A stretch of DNA of 64,000 bases from Tubiluchus corallicola. Taxonomy: Eukaryota > Animalia > Priapulida. How positions within the stretch are numbered: position 1 is the stretch's first letter; each line of letters starts with the position of its first letter. The stretch lies in assembly GCA_030141605.1 (NCBI GenBank), contig JAQGDQ010000260.1, positions 62,001 to 126,000 on the forward strand, in the 5' to 3' direction. Under the pieces are notes generated by a model. The model was not told the origin of the DNA. It was given only the letters and a program-made list of their open reading frames with translations, and did no database searches. A program made the position numbers and the translations under genes. Positions 15,301-27,300 of the stretch are shown here, piece by piece.

Positions 15301-18300
15301 TTTTGTATGGGACATCTATAGGACATCTCCAAGTCTATTATACTGTTATTGTAGCAGTGCTTTGTTGCTGCATTGATGTTTAATGTTTGTTTTCTACAAC
15401 AGATGGCACCGGCGAATTCTTGGATGCATGGCTAATGTTGGCAGAGAAAATGGTAAACACAAAAGCGATACTTGAATCACCGCATACTCTCCCGGCAAAA
15501 ATCACTCAACCGGGATTTGTGAGATTTAATCCACTCATGTATCTCATACATACACAGAAGGTGAGTTTGGGTGTAAATATTATCATTCTTGCAAACTTTA
15601 ATAATTCACTATAAGGTATGAATACACTGTTAATTCTGATTGTCCAACTAAAATTAGCTTGTCTTAAATCACACATAAGTCTGTTTGACATAGGTGTGAT
15701 ATAATACATTGTAGTTTGATATAAAACTTTGTAGTTAGTTGAGATTTTTAAACTGTGAGTTGAAAGTAAGTAATGCTGGCTTCTGCTGATCCCTTTATTT
15801 AAAAAATAAAACTGTCCCATTCCTTTGCATTGTTTCTTTTGGGCTTTTATTTTTCACTGTAGTGGTGATGGAAAAAGTTGTAAACCTTTGCATAGTTGTA
15901 AATCACATAATTATGTGATTGATACTTGAATTTGGTTTACGAGTATAATGCATATAACAGTTGTTCAAGTTTTATTATAGTTGAACAACATTCTGTTTTT
16001 TAGGCTGCATTTGAGGTTGTAATGTACATGTGGGATAAGAGACCACTGAAGTTCTGCGGAGCTCGCATGTCCGAGTCGATTCTTGCTATTCTGTGTCACA
16101 TACTTCGTGGTGAGAGCCTCATTGAGGTACGTTATTTGTATTATACAATAAAGGTTGGTGGTTAGCACATCCATATGGCAGCTGGTTTAATTCTGGCTCT
16201 AGGGACTTTAGAATTTTCTTGTCTCTTTCATTGATGTAGCAACAGTAATCCCCTTTGAGGTTTAGAATCTGTAAATTAAATGATCAAGTGTCCGATAAGA
16301 ATTCAACGAAAAAGCATTCAAACCTTGGAGATTTTGCAAAATCAGTCATTCGTCAGGGCAAATCCATGCCACTTTAATCACTCTATCCAGCCTGCCTTTA
16401 ATCAGCAAAGTCTGGAGTTAGGCTTATCTATTATTATTATAGTGAATGTGAAGGAATTAATACGGGCCTTACTTTCTAGGAGAAGCTCGCTAAGAAAAAA
16501 GAGGAGAATGCTTCGTCTTCCGTGGGTCCTGTACAGCAGTCGTCGTTCAACTCTTCGTTTGCATTAGCTCGGGAACCGGAAGAGCCAGAGGTTAATCAGG
16601 CACATCTACAGCAGGTAACTGTCATTTTCAGATGCAGATCACACCTCTTATATTTATTTGACTTATTTATTTATGCATTTCTTGTTTTTGTAGTGCTAAC
16701 TAATTAAATCCCCCCTTCCGGTTAGTTTAATCACCAATTTTGGGCTTGTGATTCAAAGGTTGTGAGTTCGTGCCTCATACTGGCTGTTTTGTGTTCATGC
16801 CGTCCTTAAGTAAGCCAGCTTACTGTGTAATACGGCTTCCTCAAGAGTCTGTCAGAAATAGGGAACTGATGCGGGATGATAAAACTGTGTTCATTAACCC
16901 TGATCTTGCTTGAATGACTACTGGACTTGTATGTTCATTGCACACTAAGAATTGAGGTTGTACCAGAGCAGACTGTTAGATTAACTAAATTGTGAACTAA
17001 TATAACATACACATATTGAGTTTTAAACCCCCTTGTTTTAACTTCATCCTTATCTGTACCGTTTTGTATTTTTTGTTTTTTAAATTAAGTTATGTCATTA
17101 AATTTCTTGCCTTGCACAAGGAGCTGATTAAACCAACTAATCTAGCTAGTTTATTGATTTATCTGTGTTCTGTAATTAAATAATTTTTACAATAAAGTGA
17201 TCATTCTCCTAATAAAGTGGTTTCATATTTTACCAAATTGAAGGGTAGTAAGTATCTCTGCCTCAGTAATTATATCAGTTGCGTAAGTTTTCATTCGTTA
17301 ATGGCATAAATTTACTCATTTAATTTGCAGCTGCAAGACATGGGCTTCACTCGTGCACATGCCATGGAAGCATTACTTCATACAACCACCCTAGAGGCCG
17401 CCACCGACTGGATTCTCACTCATCCTCCTCCAATGGCTTCATCTGCCGTAAGATATTACCTCTTTATTCATTTTATCAATAAGTGTCAAGAAGATTAGGT
17501 ACATTTTGTTGAAATTTTGCACAGTCTGCATTTTTCTATACACTTTGACCCACTGCAAACCTGAAACCAGTATTCTCAGGCAGGGAGTCTCGCAGTTTGA
17601 CATTTGTGGTAAGACTGGAACCTAACTCATTATCAAGGTTATGCCTCTAAGTTGAGCCGCTCAACTGGATTGGTATCTCAGCCATGTTCGGTTGTAAACG
17701 CATCCTCGCTGTGTAACGTAAAAGGTCAAAAGTCAGTGTCGCAGATAAATCCAAACAAAGCCGTCAGATACATTAATTGTTCAGGCTTGATGGCCAACTT
17801 TTCTGTGGTTATCCAAGTACAACACGGTGACCACTCAGCTAAATGTAAGGCTTGTGTTAAACATTATTCAGTTTGAGTTTAGCTTCGTGCCAGCTGATGC
17901 TAAGCATTATTCAGTTTGAGTTTAGCTTCGTGTCAGCTGACGCTAAGCATTATTCAGTTTGAGTTTAGCTTCGTGTCAGCTAACGCTAAGCATTAACTAT
18001 GGCTTTCATCAGTTATATTTAATTACCAATAATTCTTCTAACAAGGAACAAGTTTGTAGCCGTACTAGGTTTTCTAGCCTTATTACAGTAAAACTAAAGT
18101 GCAGTTTCTGTCTGTGGCACGACTATGGCGATGTGTTAGTTAAAACAATATTTTTGCTTGAGAATCACTACAGTCATTTGAAAAAGAAAAGCATTACTAT
18201 CACAAATACATTTGTAACAAGTATAAAGGTAATTAACCAAACACTGATTTCAAAATAGAAAACTTATGTTAAAGACTTTCTGAGAGTAGACACATCACTT

Positions 18301-21300
18301 ATAAATTCCATTAGCAGATGATTACAAAAATTGTTAGTTGTTATGGCAACATGTTAGGGAACTGTAAACTCAGAAAAGTCTTGCGATTACCTCCATGTTT
18401 TATGACTATTTAATAATCAGGACCACGCTATGTCTAAGCACCAGTACTTTTTAATGGTTAGTGTCTACAAAAAAGACAGGGCCTACGAAGCCCGAACTGT
18501 ATAACTGTAAGTGAGATTCATAACTCATTACTCAGATACTTGTATTTGACTTTTAGAGCCTGCGATTCTTCCTGTGCTTTGTTTGGCTTTGTTATGTGAA
18601 TAATTTTACTAGAATAAGACCAAATGGACAACAGTGAATAACAGTGAACAAAAAAGTTTGATGATTGTTATTGAATTCCATTGATATCATTGAATATTAT
18701 TGATTTAAATTAAATATGGTAGCAGTATTGGCATGCAGAATGTTGTGGTCAACACCAAAATCTGCAAGTTTTACATTTTAAAATTTTTATGACTATATTC
18801 CTTGCATATGTGGAATTTTCCAGCATCTGACTGTATTGTGTTTTACTAGGATTTGGTAGACATGGGCTTGACTGAAGAAGAACAGTTGATGAAAGCTATT
18901 GCATTATCAATGGGAGAAGGAGAGCAAACTGTAAGGCTTGTGTTGAACATTATTCAGTTTGAGTTTAACATCGTGTCAGCTGATGCTAAGCATTATTCAA
19001 TTTGAGTTTGCATCGTGTCAGCTGATGCTAAGCATTATTCAATTTGAGTTTAGCATCGTGTTACCTAACGCTAAGCATTATTCAGTTTGAGTTTAGCATT
19101 GTGTCAGCTGAGCATTGTTCAGTTTGAGTTTAACATTGTGTCAGCTGATGCGAAACATTATTCAGTTTGAGTTAAGCTTTGTGTCAGCTGATGCTAAGTA
19201 TTATTCAGTTTGAGTTTAACATTGTGTCAGCTGATGCTAAGCATTATTCAGTTTGAGTTAAGCATTGTGTCAGCTGATGCTAAGTATTATTCAGTTTGAA
19301 TTTAGCATCGTGTCAGCTGATGCTAAGCATAGGCAAGTTATATAGTACGCCCTCGCTTATTGACTCACTGCTAGCAACTATGATCTTTTATCACTTTTTC
19401 ATTTACAAATTTTTCATTTTAATGTCGAATTTTTTGCCACTAATTAAGATGCTAAATTTGCTTGTTGTGTTAGTTTTTTGCTGTCATGACACTACAATAA
19501 ACATTTACATTTTGCCTTTATTTAACAAATAATGTAAGCAGGAAAGTTCACGTAATATTCAAGCTATACGAACTAAGCATTATTGATTTTATTTCAGTTG
19601 CTTAAAAACATCTTCATTTTCTACATTATATCTCACAGAAAGTGTAGCTTCTTTCAACGACATTCAATTTGACATACCATTTTGCCGGAATGCAGTGGCC
19701 TCGCTAAGTGAGGACCTATGTATGCTACAGTTGTTGGGTTGTTGAAATGTTTACAGTTGCTACATTGTGTTATTTTTTTTGGAATAGAGTTTTGCATCAT
19801 TAGCATAATTTTTAGGATGAGAAGAAGAAACAAGAAGAGGAGAAGAAAAAACAAGAGCAAGAAGCAGCAAAAGATGAGCAGCCATTCGAAGAACCGATCG
19901 CCAAGGAAATCATCAATGAGTTCACGGAGAACATGTTTCCCGCATGCCTGCGCTTGCTGGACGCTTTACCGGATACGGTCTACAGAGTTTGCGATCTTCT
20001 CGTCGTGGTGACAAATCGGAATGGAGAACTTTGGAGGGACAAAATGCTAAAAGAGCTTGTTGAGCAGGTCAGTTTGAGGTCATTTTCTTGTAATAGCGGT
20101 CATTGGTAGTACAGTAAACTTTACTGTAAACTTCAAGTCAATGTCATTTAAGTGTGAAGTATAAAGGATCTTTAGTGATTGCTAATAAGTTAAATGTGTT
20201 GTTTAAATAAGTCAGTAAAAGTAATGAAAGTTTTAAGCTGTGCAAACTCATAAAAAATCTCACTTAAGGCCTTCAAGCAGCAAAAGTTAAAGGCTTTTGA
20301 CCCCAACAGAAATTAAAGTTTTTTTAATGCATTATTATGATTACATAAAGAATTCATAGTTATTATTAAACAAAAGAGACTTATGAATTGCTTAACTTAC
20401 TTTTTCTGGCAAATTTTGAACGCATGCACTACCATAAAGATCGCCATGTTTCACATCTTTATCGCAAATTACCGAGAATTACAAGGCACAGAAAGCGACT
20501 TTGGTTAGTACAACACTTGACCGATGTTTGTTTACCGGTCTTTGGTGACCTCGTGACTGTACTCACAACGTCAATCGTGTCGCGCAACGAAAAGTTGCAG
20601 TTCAAATTTAATACTGCTAACAACGAAGTGATAAAAAATGAAATAACAAGTTTTACAGTAAGTTTATAATAAAATGAATAGAATATTCGTAATGAAAGCA
20701 GGATTTTAAGTTGTAAAAGCTTACATTATAGTGAGGGTTAGTTTGACTTTAAGGTCGTGATGAAAAAACCTTCTCCCAATAATTTGCGGCATATCATCCT
20801 GGTAGAGGCATTTATGAAAGAGACCTACGTCATTGTATAACCTGGTTTACTCTCATTCTAAGAACCTACAAATTTCTTTCCAAGACCCCACCAAGTGTTG
20901 TTTCATTTTTTCTGTATGATTTTCCTCCATAAACAGCGGGTAAAACCTTGAAAAATGGCTATTTTTGCTCATCACTTAGCAGTGTCCTAGCAACACTTGG
21001 GTGGGGGAAAGAGGAGAAACTGGGCCACACGGTGAGGTGAGTCTGTTTTACAAACCTCTTTACCAGCATGAGGAGTTATGAGTTAATTTGGAGAAATGTT
21101 TTTTCTGAACTAATCGTGTGTTAATCCTGTTAATTGCACTTTTCTGGTAGCTATAATACTGGGAAGTAAAAACTGAGTAAAATAGAATAATGTACATTAG
21201 TGTCAAGATTAGTGTTGTCAACAAACTTTGGTTTGTAGGCTATATTTATTGCTTCTTTTACTTCTCAGATAAAGTCAGTAGCAGATTTCAGTACAACACA

Positions 21301-24300
21301 GTACCTGCCGGATCACATCTCCTCACTCAACGATGCGGGAAGATTGGCTACTTGTATCCACCTGTTTAGCCTTTTGTTTGAGGTGAGTCTATGATACTTT
21401 CTGCTTACTTGTAAACTAGTGAAGTGTGGTTATGAAAATTTATAATACAAACGACTTACACAACATTTAAGTTGGTTAAACGAAACCGGTTAATTGCGTG
21501 TAAGATATTGTGACTAGCCATTTAGTTTTGCAAAGTGAAATTTACAATAAAACTATTAAACTATTAATGCATTTGTGAGTACTAATTAGAACTCAGTATT
21601 GGTGCTATTGCTGATGTCGTGCTGCTGGAAAAAATGTTTTCCATTGAATAAATAAATTTTTCGAAAGCTTAATAATGCATTCATGTTCAAGTATAAACAC
21701 AGTACTGAATGTGTACATATAAACAATTATTATTGTCATAGGTTAGTAGAGCGTCTAGAGTCTGCAGCCAAACACACTAAAAAAGCCTAGCAGAAAAAAT
21801 ACATTTAGTAAAATCATTATACAAAATCTGTTTACTGCTTATATTGTATTTAGCATGTAACTCTTTATCGATGAAATTATGAAACTAAAAAAAATTTTAG
21901 CCTGCTTATTATTTACATTAGTATCAATTTTCTGCAGCGCGCTCAGCAAATTAGCTCAGTCTGCAACAAGTTTGATTAATAATTTAATAATTTCAGGCTC
22001 ACTTTCATAAACTCAAAATGATTGTGATTAAGCTCCTCGGTGACTGTAATTAATGATACTTTGATTAGAATTGACTGCATTGTTCTTGAACTTGCACCTT
22101 TTTAATGAAACATCTGGCACTAGGAATGCAATCTTCTTGGCTCATATGACCATTTCTTTCTCAGGTTGATAAAAAGACCTATCCTTCCTATTACAAAAAA
22201 AAACAGTACCACATGCAAAATATTGTTTTCATAGCAATGTTAAATTTTTCTGGCTATTATCCAGTCAGACTAGGAATAATCTGAATAACCAATCTGAAAA
22301 AGAGCCTTCGACAATTCTTTTCATTGGCTAAATTCATTTTAGGAAATGAAGCAGTCATGTGCTGTTATTCTGGAAGAAATGGGAATTGTGGACGATTTCA
22401 TACGATTGTTAGAGGCGACTGCATACTGTCTCAATGTTGCCAAGGAAAACCCAACACCCAAGTAAGTAAAATTCGCCATTTTTCCTGTTGTTGTTAGCGT
22501 AATTATGCACTCTCTGTGATTTGAACAAAATTGAAAATTCGTTCTCAATTTTGCACACCCACTCTGCATGTACTGTTGTGTAATATTTTGTCACAGGTTT
22601 CTTTAATTCAAATATTTTAAGTCTGTTGCTTTGTTGACTACAGATAGCCATTTTGCAGTTGATATAGACTGTGAAATATTAGATTAACAGAGTTAGATTA
22701 ATGTTAGATTAATATGGGTGTAATAAGCATATAGTTTATTTGCGCATGTTACGTTGTGAATAACACAGTACACCACTTGCATTTGCTTTTTAAATTTTCC
22801 GTAAGCCTGTTACTTTGCTGAATCACTCTTTGCTGCGCAAATCTTATATTTTAATGTCTTGCCTAAAACAGTCATTTTCATTTGTTTATTTGCCTGTTTT
22901 GTCTAATCAGCAGACAAATAGGTCACTGCCACTTTGCCATTTTGTTGCAGCGTCTTTATATTGCAGAGGCTGTTTGTACTTTTGAATTTTGTTTGAGGTC
23001 TTTCAGCTGAACGATTTGTTTTGAGTTGATGTTCAGAACAATGAAACTTTGGCTAAAGTTTGCAATTCCTCACACACACACAAGAAATTGTTTAGGGTTA
23101 GGATTAGGATTAGGGTTAGGGTTAGGGTTGGAATTAGGATTAGGGAGTCAGGGTTAGGATTAGGGTTGGGTTAGGGTTAGGGTTAGGGTAAGCGTTGGAA
23201 TTAGGGAGTCTGGGTTAAGGTTAGGATTATGGTTAGGGTTGGGGTTACGGTTCTGGTTAGGATATTTAAATTGTGTGGGAAATTATAAACTCTTACCGAA
23301 ACTTTAGCTAAGGCTATTGTAATTGAGTTTGCAGGTTGTCAATGCAAACAAAATTAGTTGAATTTCTGATGATTGTTTTGTAGGTGGCTGGCTCCATTGC
23401 TGTTGCTGCTAGACCTTTACGAGAAGGTGTCACTGGCATCCAAGAGAAAAATGCTGGTGACCAATGTTTGCGCCACGTCCCATACTTGGAAATGGTTTGA
23501 TGACCGAAGTGGACGCTGGTGTGTGTATAGGTATTAAAATTTCTTGCATTTTTCTTGCTACAAAATGTATTTAGCAAAATGAAGTTGATTAATGTATGTA
23601 AATAGGTCTCACAATGATGGAAAACATTAGCAAATAAATAAAATGTTGTATTTATATTATTGTCAAGCCAATGCTTTTGTAAAGTGCATTCTATTTCATC
23701 TACAGTGCTGTAAAATTTTTTTACTATTGTGTGTTTCACTTAAGTTTACGGTTATTTCCATTTCTTCTAGCGCAAGCAACAACAGCACAATAGATAATGC
23801 CTACAACGCCGGAGAGACGAGCGTCAGATTTACCGCAGGACGGCGACGTTACACTGTTCACTTCAACTCTATGGTTCAGGTAAGAGGGCCAACAAGTTTT
23901 CTTTCCCACTATCTTTTGAAAATGTGTAAAAGTGCTTGTAGAGAAGTATTCTTTTGAAGTCGTTTTGTGAATGACCAAAAACATCAGATGTTATCCATCA
24001 GTCCAATAAGCAGGTGATCATTTACGTCATGTGGTAATTTGCTATGAATATGGGCCAGTTCTTCCATGAAACAACGTACAATTTTTATTATAAGGTCACT
24101 ATAATAATGCAGTCATGACTAAAATCACAGTTGACTTAATGTTAGGTAAATGAAGAAACTGGTAATAGGCGTCCAGTAATGCTCTCCCTACCCAGCACGA
24201 AGGAGGGAGAGTCTGAAACAAAAGAGAAGGAAGCCACTCCAGTCGAAGACTCGACGGCAGAAAAGAAAGAAGTGATGGAGACTGATGAAAAAGAGGAACC

Positions 24301-27300
24301 AAAGGAAAAAGAGAGTCAAAATGGGATGCTAATTATGGGGTTGAGTCATGAACAGAAATGCACTATAACAAGGTACGTGTGCTTGATATATTAGTTTACT
24401 TACTTTGCAATAATCATTGTTAAATGTAAATTCTGTATTACTGACTAGTGATTACAGGATACAGTAAGTCCTCGCTTAACGATGTTAATGTGTTACAGCA
24501 AAATGCGACGTTAAGCGAAACGTTATTAAACAAAGCCAAGACTTCCATACAAAGTAATGTAAAAGAACTGAGATATGTTTCAGAGGAAAAAAAAAATCAA
24601 TGTTGCTTAAATCGTATAAATTAAACATTTTATGAGTTTTACTCATGTTTCTACTGAGTAACTTCTTCCTGCTTGCTTGAAAGTACCTATATAGCTTACT
24701 CGCCTAGCTGGCAGTTTCTCTTTCATCAGTGTTTAAGCCTGGCAGTGGTTAAACGATAAACCATGCAACAGAGTCAAAACCAAGGCCTGGGACGACCTTG
24801 GGAATTTTGTCTAGATAGTTCATCTGGTTGCTATAGCAAAATTCCTTTGCACAAAGTTTGCTTCTAGGTCTCGCTTCATACTAACAGCTAGCATTTAGTG
24901 GTCAGTCGGGCCATCGGGCTTTGTGCCCTCATTCTTATTTATTATTTTGTTTTAGTTCTTAATGTTGTTTTAATTTGCAGGTCATGTGTTAGCTTGATCT
25001 CCATCCCAGCGGATCCCGATACCTTACACGCTGTCATGCGTTTGTGCCTGCGGTTAACAAGAGAGCATGAGTACGCCGTGATTTTCGCTAATATGGGTGG
25101 GCCGCGCATGCTCCTGCAGCTGACTGAGATGTCCGCTTTCACTGGCTTTACCTCCTTAGCTACGCTGTTGATGCGTCACGTTTTAGAGCAGAAGGAAACG
25201 CTTAGACACACGATGGAAAAGGTTTGGCATAAAGCACTCATTAAACATGGAAATTTTTGCTTATACTCATCCTTGTTTTTATTCCTACAGGTTGTTTGGA
25301 AGTCTTTGTTTAAAAACTTGACTTATAGGATAAAAATGAATTCTAATTGGTAATGGGAAAACAAATTCTTAATATGAAAATTACAGCCAGCACTTAAGAA
25401 TAGACATGCTTTTATTCCAACACGAGCATCTGCTTGTTTGCAACGTTTTGACCATGACACGGTCATGATCATGCAACAATCCATCTAATCAAAATATAGT
25501 GTATATCAGTTACAAAAATCCACATTGTGAAAAGCAAACAAAGCAAAACTAAATGGTATTGTGTAGATTGTGTAGTACATTGTCACATGACAGAAAAATA
25601 AAGTTATTTTACTCCAACACAATTCATTTTCTGGCCAATGCCTGTGAAGTAAAATAAGAGAAACCTTTTTTGCGTGTAACTTTGGTGCCTTCTTAATTTC
25701 AGTTATCAAACATGACACCTTACCCACTCAGCCATGAATTTTGCCTGAGACATTTAAATTTAGTTCCACTTTTTATCACTTTTGTTTGTCCCACTATCAT
25801 TAATTCATCAAAAACTAGTGTTTGTTCCGGCATGGTTCTGTTTCAGTAAAATGACTTTGCAATTCTGCAGATATTTAATAGAAAAGCAGGTAACATGTGG
25901 CTCTGTAAGTCTGTTTAGTGTTTAATGTTGCTGTTTAGGTTGTTCGTACTGCTACATCGGGAACTGGTTCTCAGGCAAGTGGTGTAGCCTCTGGGAGCAT
26001 GGGCTCACGAGAACTGAACTATGTGTTGCGATTGTTGAGTCCGGCTGCATGTAGAAATGCTGACGCATTTATGTCTGTTGCCAAGGAAACGTTGCGCATC
26101 GCAATGCCGCCCGTGTCTAAACGAGGTATTAAACATATTTAGTACACAGTGAAATAGTTCCTGAAAAATCATTTTGAGGAGTAAGTCTTCTCTTAGTTTT
26201 GTTACTTTTGGCAGACATGAACACTTGGCACTTTCTCTCATTTAATGAGTAGATCTTTCATTTTAGCGTTGAATTTTTGACTGATTTAATTACTAATTAA
26301 ATTAAAGCTCTAAATTTGTTAAATGTGAATTAGCCTTTTCACAGTTCCAGCGATTGATGATAATCTTGAAAGGTCAAAGGTTAAGCGTATCAGACAACGC
26401 ATTTGTATACACTTGACAATGCCTCGCAGTCCATGCTGTTATAATAGCAACAGTTTTAACAGCTGGCTAGAACTTTACCTAGTTCATTTTTTCTTGTCAC
26501 CAGGCAAGATCCTGCAAGTAAATCACTCTACGCACTGACAAATGGGTAATTAAGTAAAGTTCACGTAAAACAACTGAATTTACTGAACGGATGCGGCAAA
26601 TGGCTTTGTTTTACACACACGTTACGTGACGGTTGTAGTTAAGACGCATTGCTGTGGTACACTGAACCTTTGACCTACAACAACTATGCATGCGTACAAC
26701 GAAACTATGAAAAGGCTTATTTAGTTAAAACACGAAAACTATTCAGCAACAAAAACCTGGTAATTACGTTGCTTAAATTGATAAATTGATTTTGCTCCTA
26801 TTCTTGACATGCTAGACTTCATATGTCTCTCTGTATAACGTAATTTGTTGCTGAACCCTTTTGCATGATGAACTTGCAACTTCCTGTGTCCTATAAGTGT
26901 AACACAGTGCCTACTCTCCCAAGTAGCATTATTTAACGATGCCTTGTTTAATGCAGCAATTTACTGGAATGCTTTACTTTGTTAAGTAACAATTAGATAC
27001 ATAGTTACTTATAAGATAAAACAAACTGAAAACCTGGAACATTTTGTTTTTCCACTGGAATTACCATCCTAATTACTTGGTTATTTTCTTAACAGTAGGT
27101 GACCTTGGGTATTAAGGTATACTGCAGGGTGGTGCACTTGGACCATTACTCTTTGAATATTGCATTACCTTTACAGTGATTATTAGCTTAATATGTGCCC
27201 AATTGTTTTTTGCTTTTTTTATATTTTTATGTAAACTTAGACATTAAGGCATAATACAGGGCAGTGCACTTGGACCATTATACTTTGAATATTGAATTAC

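Noticed and set aside
23092-23262. Chromosome end or telomere fusion scar
   Set aside because: Short, degenerate, single-orientation array inside an intact gene and bounded by TIRs and a TSD.
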